Origin: a virus
Taxonomy: Duplodnaviria > Caudoviricetes
Virus record (IMG/VR): IMGVR_UViG_3300032325_000423
Location: 1 to 52,530 of that record
Reading direction: 5' to 3' (one strand)
DNA: 52,530 nucleotides
Below are positions 35,073 to 45,879 of this stretch, one piece after another. How positions within the stretch are numbered: the stretch's first letter is position 1; every line of letters begins with the position of its first letter. The position numbers were made by a program, and so were the translations under genes. The notes beneath the pieces were generated by a model. It ran no database searches and was not told the DNA's origin. It was given only the letters and a program-made list of their open reading frames with translations.

Positions 35073-35550
35073 TAAATACAAATACGATAATTTTACAATA
35101 ATAGTAGATACTAGAGAACAACATCCCTGGATGTTTGAAAATTACACTATTGCTAATAGAAAATTAGACACAGGAGACTATAGTGTAGAAGGATTAGAGG
35201 ATATCTTGTGCATAGAGCGCAAACAAAGTATAGGCGAATTTGCTAATAACATCACAGAACCAAGATTTAAAGATGTTATAGAAAGAATGAGCAAATACAA
35301 ATATTCATTTCTTCTATTAGAATTTGATCTAGAAAATGTACTATCGTATCCTGTGGGATCAGACGTACCAAAGAGAATGTGGGATAAGATTAAAATTAGT
35401 CCAGCTTTTATACTTAAACATATTATTGAGTTACAAGTTTATCATAATATTAAAATTTTATTTTGCGGTAACTATTCTAATGCTAATTATATAGCAACAT
35501 CTATTATGAGAAAGATAGACTATATTGAACACAAACATAATCAAGAATAA
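35062..35550 (+). CDS. ERCC4-domain nuclease
   Basis: IIVDTREQ, LDTGDYS, IERK motifs. Confidence 0.88.
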   Translation: MMNNKYKYDNFTIIVDTREQHPWMFENYTIANRKLDTGDYSVEGLEDILCIERKQSIGEFANNITEPRFKDVIERMSKYKYSFLLLEFDLENVLSYPVGSDVPKRMWDKIKISPAFILKHIIELQVYHNIKILFCGNYSNANYIATSIMRKIDYIEHKHNQE

Positions 35551-37567
35551 TTTCGATGATGCTTGGCTAGGACTAGGAGATCTAAGTCAGCTAGTTTTAT
35601 CAGATAATCCAATGATTCACAGAAGTGAATCTAACATAGAAAATCCAGATCTACATCTAGCGAGACTTCTAAGAGATCCCAAGTATTTAGGAACAACCTG
35701 TAAATTCCTTCTTAATATAGAACTTCATCCTTTACAGATAGCAACACTTCAGGAAATGTGGATAAGATCTTTTCCGATGCTCATAGCTAGTCGAGGTTTC
35801 AGTAAGAGCTTCACACTAGCTTTGTATTCTATACTAAAGTGCTCCTTTATTCCTGGTACAAAAATTGTTATTGTAGGATCAGGCTTTCGTCAAAGTAAGC
35901 TAGTCTTTGAATACATGGAAACAATGTGGAGAAATAGTCCGATACTAAGAAGTATATTCAATAGTAATGACGACGGACCAAGAAGAGACGTTGACAGATG
36001 TACGATGAGGCTTGGAGATAGTTGGACAATAGCAATCCCTATGGGTGATGGTAGCAAGATTAGAGGTTTAAGAGCACATATTATTATTGCTGACGAATTT
36101 GCTTCAATTAGTCCAGACATATACGAAACGGTTGTATCTGGTTTCGCAGCAGTTAGTGCTAGTCCCATACAGAACGTTAAAGAACAAGCTAAAAGACAGG
36201 CTATGATTGATGCAGGAGTATGGAACGAAGAATTAGATACTCTTACTAAGAAAATGGGAAATCAAGCAATAATATCCGGAACCGCAGATTATGATTTTAA
36301 GCACTTTGCCGCTTATTGGAAAAGATATAAAACTATTATAGAGAGTAAGGGGGATCCTAATAAACTTAGAGATATCTTCAAAGAGGGAGTTCCAGAAAAT
36401 TTTAACTGGAAAGATTATAGTATCATTAGAATCCCTTACGAACTAATTCCCAAAGGATTCATGGACGACAAACAGGTTACCAGAGCTAGGGCGACTATCC
36501 ATAGCGGAATATATAATATGGAATATGCTGCTTGTTTTGTTAAGGATAGCGAAGGGTTCTTTCGCAGAACTCTCATCGAAAGCTGTGTAGCATCTGATAA
36601 AAATAATATCATTCTACCTAGTAGTCCCAAGCCTATAATTTATGACGCTAAGATAAGAGGAGATGAAAAACATAAATACATATACGGAGTAGACCCCGCG
36701 TCAGAACAAGATAATTTCAGTATTGTTATAATAGAGTTACATCCGGATCATAATAGAATCGTTTATACATGGACTACTAATCGTAGTAATTTTAAAGACA
36801 GACAAAAAACTGGTCTTACAGATGAATATGATTTTTACGGATTTTGTGCAAGAAAGATTCGTAATCTTATGAAATACTTTCCTTGTGAGAAAATCGGAAT
36901 GGATGCTCAGGGAGGAGGCATAGCCATTGAAGAAGCTTTACATGATCCGTCTAATACTAAAGAAGACGAAGTATTAATTTGGCCAAAGATAGACCTAGAA
37001 AAGAGTAAAGATACAGATAACCAACCAGGACTTCATATTCTAGAAATGATTCAGTTCGCAAAAGCAGAATGGACCAGTCAAGCTAATCACGGCCTTAGAA
37101 AAGACCTAGAAGATAAAATCTTATTATTTCCCAATTTTGATAATTTAACGCTAGGACTAGCAATGGAAGCAGAAGGTAAGTCGATTGTTGAAAGTGAGCT
37201 TAATCCTCTATATGATAGTTTATCAGAATGTATTTTGGAAATAGAAGAATTAAAGAGCGAATTGACCACTATTGTAATGACACAGACCAGTCAAGGACCA
37301 AATGCGCGAGATAGATGGGATACTCCAGAAGTTAAGTTGTCTGGAGGAAGAAAGGGCAGACTCAGGAAAGATAGATATAGCGCATTAGTAATAGCTAACA
37401 TGTTGGCAAGACAAATGTCTAGAATGTTAGACACTTCCGTTACATATGATGCTATTGGAGGAGACACAAGATCTATCAATCAAGACAATAAGGGACAAAT
37501 GTATAAAGGACCAGAATGGTTCACCTCTAGTGTTAATGATGATTTTTATAGGGGAATTTATAGATAA
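35525..37567 (+). CDS. terminase large subunit
   Basis: ASRGFSKS Walker A-like, IRGLRAHIIIADEF Walker B, GVDPA and KDRYSA nuclease motifs. Confidence 0.9.
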   Translation: MNTNIIKNNFDDAWLGLGDLSQLVLSDNPMIHRSESNIENPDLHLARLLRDPKYLGTTCKFLLNIELHPLQIATLQEMWIRSFPMLIASRGFSKSFTLALYSILKCSFIPGTKIVIVGSGFRQSKLVFEYMETMWRNSPILRSIFNSNDDGPRRDVDRCTMRLGDSWTIAIPMGDGSKIRGLRAHIIIADEFASISPDIYETVVSGFAAVSASPIQNVKEQAKRQAMIDAGVWNEELDTLTKKMGNQAIISGTADYDFKHFAAYWKRYKTIIESKGDPNKLRDIFKEGVPENFNWKDYSIIRIPYELIPKGFMDDKQVTRARATIHSGIYNMEYAACFVKDSEGFFRRTLIESCVASDKNNIILPSSPKPIIYDAKIRGDEKHKYIYGVDPASEQDNFSIVIIELHPDHNRIVYTWTTNRSNFKDRQKTGLTDEYDFYGFCARKIRNLMKYFPCEKIGMDAQGGGIAIEEALHDPSNTKEDEVLIWPKIDLEKSKDTDNQPGLHILEMIQFAKAEWTSQANHGLRKDLEDKILLFPNFDNLTLGLAMEAEGKSIVESELNPLYDSLSECILEIEELKSELTTIVMTQTSQGPNARDRWDTPEVKLSGGRKGRLRKDRYSALVIANMLARQMSRMLDTSVTYDAIGGDTRSINQDNKGQMYKGPEWFTSSVNDDFYRGIYR

Positions 37568-37629
37568 AAAGTGTATAAATAAAAGTATTCATATTGTAAT
37601 AGCATCACATTTAAAATAAAAATATAATT

Positions 37630-39831
37630 ATGGCCAAATCTAGAAAAAATCAAGATCAAGACCCAATTAAAAACGCAGCCCCTATATTAGCAGAAGAGGC
37701 CTATATTTTTTGGGGAGACAGCCCAGAGTCCATGAAGAACGCACAAGCAGAATCGGCCAAATCTTTAGATGAATTTACAGGCGTTCAGAGATCAGAAGCT
37801 AGTCGTAGATATGGTTTTAACTATAGCAATCTAGACACCAACATTTCAGGCAGACCAGGACTAACTCGTAGTGATTATGACTATTTCAGACCAGACGAAG
37901 CAGTACCAAAAAGAATAAAAATTATTCTTCGTAGAGCAGATGATATTTATCAGAGAGTAGGTTTGGTTAAAAATGTTATTGATCTTATGGGAGATTTTGC
38001 AGCTCAGGGAATTAGACTTGTTCATAAAAACAAAAGAATAGAACGATTCTATAGAAGATGGTTCCAAAAAGTAAACGGAAAAGATAGAAGTGAGAGATTT
38101 CTTAATAACTTATACAAGACCGGTAATATCGTTATAAATAGACAAACAGGAAAGTTAAGTTTAAAAGTAACAGATAAACTATATCAGTCGATGGGATCCG
38201 CTGATATGGACATCACAGATATAGATCAGTTCAAAGTTGAAAAAAGAGAAATTCCATGGAAATATACTTTTATTGATCCTGTATATGTTGAAGTAGCAGC
38301 TGGTCCACTAGCCTCATTTGTCACAGATAAAAGATACGAACTACAACTACCAGCATCTTTAAGAAAAATTATTAGCGCGCCTAAGTCAGAAGCAGAACGC
38401 ACCATCGTTGAAAGCCTACCAGCACAAATCCTAGAAGCCGCTAAAAACAAAAAAGCATATCCATTAGACCCAAATAAAACATTAGTATTTCACTACAAGA
38501 AAGATGACTGGCAAGCTTGGTCATATCCTATGATATATGCTATTATGGATGATATTACAGTTATAGAAAAACTAAAACTAGCAGACATGGCAGCTCTTGA
38601 CGGAGCTATCAGCAATATCAGAATATTTAAACTAGGAAGTCTAGAGCATAAAATAGCTCCTACTAGGGCAGCGGCAGCTAAACTTTCCAACATATTAGAA
38701 AGCAATGTCGGCGGCGGAACTATGGATATTGTTTGGGGTCCAGATATTGAACTTATAGAAAGTAACACGAATGTCCATCACTTTTTAGGAGAAGGTAAAT
38801 ATATTCCCCATCTTAACAGCGTATATGCTGGACTAGGCATTCCTCCTACTCTTACGGGAACATTTGGAGCAGCTGGAACCACTAATAACTTCATATCTCT
38901 AAAGACACTTACGCAAAGACTTCAATATGGCAGAGAAGTATTAGCTAGGTTCTGGGAAGAAGAAATAGCATTAGTTCAGAAGTCTATGGGCTTTAAGTAT
39001 CCAGCAAAAATAGAATTTGATAGAATGGATCTTAGTAGTGAGGATGCAGAAAAAGCACTACTAATACAACTAGCAGACAGAAATCTAATTAGTGATGAAC
39101 TACTTCAAACAAGATTTGGTTTTGATCCAGATATGGAAAAGAGTAGACTTAATAGAGAACACAGAGAAAGAAAGTCTGAAAGAATGGTTGGGAAATCTGG
39201 CCCATGGTTTGATCCTCAGTTTGAAAACTCTCTTAAAAAGATATCTTTGCAACTAGGTATCGCTACGCCCAGCCAAGTGGGATTGAATTTAGGAAAAAAG
39301 AAGAGCGGAGAAAAAACTGCCATAGAGATGAAACAACTTTCGTCACCAACGAAGTTGGCAAATGATTTGCAGCAATCTTTGCCAAAAGAATCCGGAGAAG
39401 GAAGACCCAAATTATCCAAGGACAAAACAAAACGAAAAGAAAAGACTTTTTCGCCACAGACAGGAGCGAACATAGCTCTATGGGCAGCATCAGCTCAAGA
39501 AGATATTAGCAATCATATCAATCCGATCTTTTTGAAGTTCGCCAAAAAAGATAATTTACGACAGCTTACTGCATCAGAATATACAGAATTAGAGACACTA
39601 AAAACCAAACTACTATTTAGCGTCAAGCCATATGATAGTATTAATGAGAATAGTCTTGAAAGTAATCTAGCATCTTTAAATAGTCCACAAATAAATAAAG
39701 CATTGGGAACATATAAAATATGGCTAAAAGAAATAGAATCTAAAATTGACTCACCAATATCTACAGAACAAATTAAGCAAGCTAAGTCATATTTCTATTC
39801 GCTGGTGTATTCATCCTCAGACACTCTCTAA
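37630..39831 (+). CDS. portal protein
   Basis: 733 aa following terL; size and synteny. Confidence 0.75.
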   Translation: MAKSRKNQDQDPIKNAAPILAEEAYIFWGDSPESMKNAQAESAKSLDEFTGVQRSEASRRYGFNYSNLDTNISGRPGLTRSDYDYFRPDEAVPKRIKIILRRADDIYQRVGLVKNVIDLMGDFAAQGIRLVHKNKRIERFYRRWFQKVNGKDRSERFLNNLYKTGNIVINRQTGKLSLKVTDKLYQSMGSADMDITDIDQFKVEKREIPWKYTFIDPVYVEVAAGPLASFVTDKRYELQLPASLRKIISAPKSEAERTIVESLPAQILEAAKNKKAYPLDPNKTLVFHYKKDDWQAWSYPMIYAIMDDITVIEKLKLADMAALDGAISNIRIFKLGSLEHKIAPTRAAAAKLSNILESNVGGGTMDIVWGPDIELIESNTNVHHFLGEGKYIPHLNSVYAGLGIPPTLTGTFGAAGTTNNFISLKTLTQRLQYGREVLARFWEEEIALVQKSMGFKYPAKIEFDRMDLSSEDAEKALLIQLADRNLISDELLQTRFGFDPDMEKSRLNREHRERKSERMVGKSGPWFDPQFENSLKKISLQLGIATPSQVGLNLGKKKSGEKTAIEMKQLSSPTKLANDLQQSLPKESGEGRPKLSKDKTKRKEKTFSPQTGANIALWAASAQEDISNHINPIFLKFAKKDNLRQLTASEYTELETLKTKLLFSVKPYDSINENSLESNLASLNSPQINKALGTYKIWLKEIESKIDSPISTEQIKQAKSYFYSLVYSSSDTL

Positions 39832-39846
39832 AATTGGAGATTATTT

Positions 39847-41403
39847 ATGCATATATATCAGGCAGAAAAAGACGACAATCTAGAGCATCAGCTTTCATCA
39901 CAGGCTTGCGTTACATACTCCTCTATAGCATTCCCATATATTAACACAAACGAACTCAAGCTAGACAGAACAAAACTCTCACAGTCTTTTGCATCACTAA
40001 ATGATAATGATCTATATTATGTACAGTCTATTTTAGTTAGTTCTAATTGGAATAAGAATGACGATATATTCGACAAGGGAGAGATATGGTTAGCTCGCAG
40101 AACTCCAGAAGACAAGCCAACAAATCTAGAGCATAACGAAAATTTAATTATCGGACATATCACATCTAACTGGCCAATTACTGAAGATGGAAATTTAATA
40201 CCAGATGATACAAGTATAGAGAACCTTCCAGAAAAATATCATATATTAACTGGTTCTGTAATTTATAGAGCGTATTCTTCAGAAGATCTTAGAAATAGAA
40301 CAGAAAAATTAATAGCAGAAATACAAAATGGTACTAAGTACGTTAGTATGGAATGTCTATTTAAGGGTTTTGACTATGGACTAATTAATAGCGATACTAA
40401 CGAATACAAAGTATTATCTAGAAATGAAGAAACAGCATACTTAACAAAATTTTTAAGAGCATACGGAGGCTCTGGTATGCATGGCAATTTTAAAATTGGT
40501 AGAGTTTTAAGGAATATAACTTTTTCTGGTAAAGGCTTCGTAGACAGACCAGCCAATCCTGAAAGTATTATATTCAATATAGACTTGTTTTCAGAAAAAA
40601 ATAGCGATTTTGTAAAAAGTGGTGTATCTAACAATCAGTCCAATATTATAATGGAGAATGAACCTATGTCTGCAAACACTCAAGCAGCTGAAAATACAAC
40701 AGAAAACACTGAAATTATGGTAGCTCAAGAAGTAGAGTTAGCTTCTGCACTTAAAACAAAGGAAGAAGAAATGAAAGAAATGAAAAAAATGAAAGAAGAG
40801 AGTGATAAGAGCAAGGCTGAATCTGATCTTGTTGTAGCCGAACTTAATAAGTCTTTAGAAGAGACAAAACAAGCACTAGTAGCTAGAGAAGAAGAAATCA
40901 ATACTCTTAGAACAGAGATTGAAAGTATTGAAGCTACTATGAAGAAAGATAAAGAAGATCAAGAAGAAGCACTAAAGAAAACAAAATCAGAACTAGAGTC
41001 TGCTAACGAGACATTAGCTGCATATAAGTCCCAAGAAGCCGAAATGATGAAGAAAGAAAAGAAGATGAAGAGGCAGGCCGGTCTTATTGAAAGTGGCGTT
41101 GATTCTGAGACAGCAGCCAGTATCGTTGACAGGTTTGAGTCTGTTGATGACGAGTCTTTTGAAGCTATGACAACACTATTTGCTGGCAAGATGCCACCTT
41201 GGTTAGAGAAAATCAAAAAGAAAGAAGACAAAAAGGCTGAGTCAACAGATAACACATCAGAAGAACTTCTAGAAGAAGTTGAGACTGAAGCTGATGTGAA
41301 TTTAGGCGTTGGTAACGATTCAGAAGAAGTTGATGCTACAGAAAATACACGAGCAGCTTTAGTTGATTATATTTCGAACAGATTAAGTAAAAGTCACAAA
41401 TAA
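39847..41403 (+). CDS. prohead protease/scaffold fusion
   Basis: N-terminal NxNDDxF..NLEH..VSMEC..F.GKG.V..PA protease-like domain; E/K coiled-coil C-terminus. Confidence 0.7.
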   Translation: MHIYQAEKDDNLEHQLSSQACVTYSSIAFPYINTNELKLDRTKLSQSFASLNDNDLYYVQSILVSSNWNKNDDIFDKGEIWLARRTPEDKPTNLEHNENLIIGHITSNWPITEDGNLIPDDTSIENLPEKYHILTGSVIYRAYSSEDLRNRTEKLIAEIQNGTKYVSMECLFKGFDYGLINSDTNEYKVLSRNEETAYLTKFLRAYGGSGMHGNFKIGRVLRNITFSGKGFVDRPANPESIIFNIDLFSEKNSDFVKSGVSNNQSNIIMENEPMSANTQAAENTTENTEIMVAQEVELASALKTKEEEMKEMKKMKEESDKSKAESDLVVAELNKSLEETKQALVAREEEINTLRTEIESIEATMKKDKEDQEEALKKTKSELESANETLAAYKSQEAEMMKKEKKMKRQAGLIESGVDSETAASIVDRFESVDDESFEAMTTLFAGKMPPWLEKIKKKEDKKAESTDNTSEELLEEVETEADVNLGVGNDSEEVDATENTRAALVDYISNRLSKSHK

Positions 41404-41415
41404 GGGAGAATTAAC

Positions 41416-41874
41416 ATGGCTCTAAAACCAGATCGCGTTGAAAGTTACACAGATGTATCCTATTTCATGGATACTGTTGGAGAAAGAGGTGGTGTTGTTG
41501 TTCACCTAACTTCGGGAGCAGGCGCTTCTATGGATGATGGCAACGCTGTTGTTAGCTATCCAACGGGCGTCGTTTCAGGCACCAAGCCAGCTGGTCTTCT
41601 ACTAAATGATGTTGTAAATCTTGATCTTACAAGACAACACATCAACTGGTACCGAGACGAAGTTCAGGTTGGTGGTAAGGTAACACTATTACGCCAAGGT
41701 CAAGTTGTAACAAATATGCTAGCTTCTGGCCAAACACCAGCTGCTGGTACAGATGCTTACTACGATAATGCTGGAAAACTAACAACAGTAAGTACAAATA
41801 GTACCAAGGTTGGTCGTTTCCTTGGCAGTAAAGATTCCGATGGTTATGTCAAAGTAGATATCAATATCACCTAA
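41416..41874 (+). CDS. capsid decoration/cement protein
   Basis: Position between scaffold and MCP; Gly-rich beta protein. Confidence 0.6.
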   Translation: MALKPDRVESYTDVSYFMDTVGERGGVVVHLTSGAGASMDDGNAVVSYPTGVVSGTKPAGLLLNDVVNLDLTRQHINWYRDEVQVGGKVTLLRQGQVVTNMLASGQTPAAGTDAYYDNAGKLTTVSTNSTKVGRFLGSKDSDGYVKVDINIT

Positions 41875-41888
41875 TAAGGGAGAAGAAA

Positions 41889-42899
41889 ATGTCAGCTAAA
41901 ACAGAAAGATTTCAACCCTCGCCTGAACTAACCGATCTTTTAGTTCGTTCCGGCTCGGCAAACAGAGAAGTAGCTCTACCAGCAAATCGTGAATTTGCTA
42001 AGGCTCTTGAGCTTCCATTGAGAAAAGGTCTTCTTAGTGGTGATATTCTAGACGGCATCTTCGAGCCAGTTCAACTTGCTCCAGGCGCTGCTCCAGAGTT
42101 CCCCCTAGACTTCCTATCTCCTGGAACTGAGAGAGACTTTGTAGCCTATACTATTCCTAATCACGGATATGTACCAGAGCGTCATGTCGAGAGTGATTAT
42201 GTCATGGTTCCAACCTATGACGTAGGATCCAGTATTGACTATCTACTAAAGTATGCTCGTGATGCTCGTTGGGACGTAGTTGGTCGTGCAATGGAAGTGC
42301 TCGAAGGCTCATTCGTTAAGAAGATGAATGATGACGGATGGCACACTCTATTGGCAGCTGGCGTTGATCGTAACATCGTTGTATTTGATAGCGATGCTGC
42401 CAACAACCAGTTCACCAAGCGTCTCGTCAGTCTCTTGAAGACCGTTATGCGTAGAAACGGTGGCGGTAATAGTGCTAGTAATAACCGTGGTGTTCTTACT
42501 GACCTTTATGTTTCCCCAGAAGCTATGGAAGATATCCGTAGTTGGGGCGTAGATCAAGTAGATGAAGTAACACGCAGAGAGATTTACACAGCTGCCGATG
42601 GCAGTCTAAATCGTATCTTCGGTGTTAACCTTCACGATCTTGATGAACTAGGTGTCGGTCAAGAATACCAGCTATTCTATAGTAATGTGCTCAGTGGCAC
42701 ACTACCATCTGGAGATAGCGAAGTTGTTGTTGGCCTAGACCTCAGCAAGAGAGACAGCTTCATTATGCCAGTTCGTGAGCAAGTTCAGATTTTCGAAGAC
42801 GAGACTCTACATCGTCAAAAGAGAGCTGGCTTCTACGGATGGGCAGAGATCGGCTATGCCGTTCTTGACAACCGCAGAGTTGTTCTAGGTTCTCTCTAA
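41889..42899 (+). CDS. major capsid protein (HK97 fold)
   Basis: 336 aa, strong RBS, followed by terminator; synteny. Confidence 0.8.
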   Translation: MSAKTERFQPSPELTDLLVRSGSANREVALPANREFAKALELPLRKGLLSGDILDGIFEPVQLAPGAAPEFPLDFLSPGTERDFVAYTIPNHGYVPERHVESDYVMVPTYDVGSSIDYLLKYARDARWDVVGRAMEVLEGSFVKKMNDDGWHTLLAAGVDRNIVVFDSDAANNQFTKRLVSLLKTVMRRNGGGNSASNNRGVLTDLYVSPEAMEDIRSWGVDQVDEVTRREIYTAADGSLNRIFGVNLHDLDELGVGQEYQLFYSNVLSGTLPSGDSEVVVGLDLSKRDSFIMPVREQVQIFEDETLHRQKRAGFYGWAEIGYAVLDNRRVVLGSL

Positions 42900-42936
42900 T
42901 TTTAGATTTTACAACTTGATTATTGCCTAAGAAGAT

Positions 42937-42969
42937 AGGGCTGGGATAATATCCTGGCCCTTCTTTTTT
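42937..42969 (+). terminator. rho-independent terminator
   Basis: AGGGCTGGGAT-AAT-ATCCTGGCCCT-TCTTTTTT. Confidence 0.8.
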
Positions 42970-42992
42970 CTAACTACCATCTTTTACCATAA

Positions 42993-43010
42993 GGTGTATT
43001 AAAGGCTAGA
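42993..43010 (+). promoter_or_regulatory. candidate late promoter GGTGTA-N8-TAGA
   Basis: Motif recurs at 46828, 15601, 39804 and 12242 (minus). Confidence 0.55.
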
Positions 43011-43037
43011 CAGACTATCCTTATAAAGGGTCAAAAA

Positions 43038-43553
43038 ATGAGCTGGAAACAAGAAATTCCAATTATTGTACGAACTCTTATCAACGACCTATCTGAAACA
43101 CCGGCATATTCAGACGAGCGTATTCTACAGGTTATAGCGGTAGCGGCTAAATATGTTCAATTTGACGTTGTGCTTGACCACACATACAGTGTAGACGTAG
43201 GAAATCCCAATATTACTCCTGATCCAACATCAGATCGGGACGAGATTTTTATTAGTTTGGTATCTCTCAAAGCAGCATGTATAGTGGATCAAAGTACCTT
43301 TAGAACTAAAGCCGCAATGGAAGGCATTAGAGCATCTCTTGGACCAGCCAGCTTAAGCGTTGCTGGACAAAGCGCAGCATGGAGAACTATTTTAGAGAAA
43401 GGACCATGCGCTCTGTATGATGAGCTAACCAGTCATTGGGATGTTAAGGACGCTAGCGCTGTTCGTGCTGTTCTTAGTCCTTTCGTTAGTAATAGGTTTG
43501 ATCCTAGAATGATTAGAGAAAGTAATTATAGAGACAGAGATTTTTATTCGTAA
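43038..43553 (+). CDS. putative head-tail adaptor
   Basis: Synteny after MCP; VRTLIND....YSD pattern. Confidence 0.6.
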   Translation: MSWKQEIPIIVRTLINDLSETPAYSDERILQVIAVAAKYVQFDVVLDHTYSVDVGNPNITPDPTSDRDEIFISLVSLKAACIVDQSTFRTKAAMEGIRASLGPASLSVAGQSAAWRTILEKGPCALYDELTSHWDVKDASAVRAVLSPFVSNRFDPRMIRESNYRDRDFYS

Positions 43554-43573
43554 TTTATTTATAGGGATATAAT

Positions 43574-44503
43574 ATGCCAGCTGCTATTCATAATTTTACT
43601 CTCGAACAAGGCTCCGCTTTTGAGATAGTGTTTGAGTTTCTTGACTCCAATACCCTTCCTATTGATCTTACAAACTGGTGTGCCCTACTCCAGTGGGTTG
43701 ACAGCAATGGAACTACCGCAGTATTTAATACAAATTATGATGGAGATAATTATAGAATGTTTGTGGATAGTTCGGGTAAGATAACACTACAAATACCGGC
43801 TAGAATTACAAATAACTATAATTTTACTACAGCAGTATATGATTTAGATCTACAAGAACCTAATGAGCAATATGTTAATAGTGGTCTTAAAACCTATAGA
43901 CTAAGTACAGGCACAGTTACTCTACTCAGGAGAAATACTCCTATTATTACAACAGATTGCGCTAGTATTAATTCTGATTTTGATTTGGATGCTTGTAGCG
44001 TAGGTTGTGACAATCTAGATCCATATGCAATAGTTTATAGTAGTTCACCAGTAGTTATTAATGATAATTCTATCAATACATCCTCTATTACCACATCAGA
44101 TACTAAAAGAATAGAGAATATAGACGTACTAATAAACGGACTACGACACCCGTCTCCACAAGATTTGATTTTTATCCTAGAGCCGCCAACCAGTGGACTT
44201 AACTCCGTTTTGCTATCTGCTAATAGTAAAATAACAAATTATAAACCAGGATTCAGTTTTGTTTTTTCTGACAGAGCCCCTGCCGGATCATCTCTCAATA
44301 ACGTAATAAATAATAAAAGCTGTAGAATCACAAACAAAAGTAACAGAGTGAGTATAGTAGGATTTACTACTAGTGCTAGTTTCTCGCATCTCTTAGGATC
44401 TCCCATTTCGGGACAATGGAAACTACATGTAATAGATAGCGATACTGGCGCATCAGGATCTATAGAAGGCTGGAAATTAATTATTACATATTTTGAGGTA
44501 TAA
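43574..44503 (+). CDS. virion protein with proprotein convertase P-like C-terminal domain
   Basis: LEQGSAF..YDLDL N-terminal domain; H..PQDL...L..P and GQWKLHVID...SGSIEGWKL. Confidence 0.7.
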   Translation: MPAAIHNFTLEQGSAFEIVFEFLDSNTLPIDLTNWCALLQWVDSNGTTAVFNTNYDGDNYRMFVDSSGKITLQIPARITNNYNFTTAVYDLDLQEPNEQYVNSGLKTYRLSTGTVTLLRRNTPIITTDCASINSDFDLDACSVGCDNLDPYAIVYSSSPVVINDNSINTSSITTSDTKRIENIDVLINGLRHPSPQDLIFILEPPTSGLNSVLLSANSKITNYKPGFSFVFSDRAPAGSSLNNVINNKSCRITNKSNRVSIVGFTTSASFSHLLGSPISGQWKLHVIDSDTGASGSIEGWKLIITYFEV

Positions 44504-44505
44504 TT

Positions 44506-44712
44506 ATGCCATATAATAACATCATAAATCTCTCATATGGATATGTTGTTGGGTACTTGCCCACGTTTGGTGTTTATGAAAATAACACAATTAATAGTAA
44601 TGTAAAGATAAAACAAGTACTAGAGTCGCAATCAGTATTTATGACTATCTCAGAAACGATTCAAATGAAAAACACTCAAGATGAAACCTTAAAAGTATTC
44701 ACATATGAATAA
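44506..44712 (+). CDS. hypothetical protein
   Basis: ORF track. Confidence 0.55.
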   Translation: MPYNNIINLSYGYVVGYLPTFGVYENNTINSNVKIKQVLESQSVFMTISETIQMKNTQDETLKVFTYE

Positions 44713-45238
44713 TCCTTTTGACAATATTATCAATACCGAACTTAAGCAAATATATAAATACGCTATAGATGAAGTGTTGTCTTCTCATGGGCTAACAGTA
44801 CCATGTGTTTTACATTTCGATAAACGATCAGCAGACACCTTCTGCAATAATTGTGTTATAGATCCGATATCTCAGGTGTCGTCCAACATATATAATGGAA
44901 TAGGTTCCAGTCCATTTCCAGATAATACTATTTGTCCAGTATGTGGTGGCTCTGGTATGACCACTGGAGAGAATACAGAAACCATATATCTTGGAGTTAT
45001 ATTCGATAATAAATACTTTATCCGACCTATTGGTAACTCTGTTATTAATTGGCCTAATAATGCAATACAGAGCATATGTCAACATACATTAGCTAATAAA
45101 ATTAGAGCAGCCTCTAAAATGACATTAGCAGGAACAGCATCTGAATACTCTGTTTCTGAATATATCAGACAATCAGATCCGCAGCCTATTGGTTTTGGTG
45201 ACACAAATTATGTAGTTACATTGTGGGCCACACAATGA
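44705..45238 (+). CDS. putative head closure/neck protein with Zn finger
   Basis: CNNC..CPVCGGSG; synteny. Confidence 0.55.
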   Translation: MNNPFDNIINTELKQIYKYAIDEVLSSHGLTVPCVLHFDKRSADTFCNNCVIDPISQVSSNIYNGIGSSPFPDNTICPVCGGSGMTTGENTETIYLGVIFDNKYFIRPIGNSVINWPNNAIQSICQHTLANKIRAASKMTLAGTASEYSVSEYIRQSDPQPIGFGDTNYVVTLWATQ

Positions 45239-45879
45239 AGATAGAATTAAAACTACTAGATAGCGATTCATCTTTAGCCAAGCAAATATTTGATGCTGTC
45301 AAAAATATACTAAACTCTGCTCTTAATAAATCAGAACAAGATATCAAAACTAGAGTGAAACAAATTATATCAGACTCCTTAAGAACAGAACCTGAATATC
45401 AGTCGTTGAAATCAGGCATATTGAAAGCAGAATTTGGTATTCAATTTCCAGAAACTGTAGATAAAATAGTAGAAAAATTATCGGATACTTTAGACATTCA
45501 ACAAATTCCTATAACTACCACGAACAGAGGAGTAAAAGGAGGATTTAGATTAGTTGCTATAAAATCTGACAATATTAGTGGACTAACAGCAGATTTAGAT
45601 GCTATTGTATCAGACGATATAAGAGGATATAAGCTTCCTTGGCTAGAATGGTTACTATTAAGAGGTGCTGACAATATTGTTAAAAATTACGAAGTATCAT
45701 TTGGACCATCTCCATATTCCAGGAGCGGCATGGCTATTATGAAATCATCTTCTGGCTCTTGGAGAGTTCCTCCGCAGTTCGCCGGTACCGCAAAAAGCAA
45801 TTGGACCACTAGAGCAATATCAAAAGTAGAAGACGATATAAAAAATACTATTATTCAAAGCATAGAAAATAACTTATGA
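45223..45879 (+). CDS. putative neck/tail completion protein
   Basis: Synteny. Confidence 0.5.
   Translation: MGHTMKIELKLLDSDSSLAKQIFDAVKNILNSALNKSEQDIKTRVKQIISDSLRTEPEYQSLKSGILKAEFGIQFPETVDKIVEKLSDTLDIQQIPITTTNRGVKGGFRLVAIKSDNISGLTADLDAIVSDDIRGYKLPWLEWLLLRGADNIVKNYEVSFGPSPYSRSGMAIMKSSSGSWRVPPQFAGTAKSNWTTRAISKVEDDIKNTIIQSIENNL

Noticed and set aside
37574-37581. T4-type late promoter TATAAATA
   Set aside because: Single relevant occurrence in AT-rich DNA; better explained as part of the GTGTA motif
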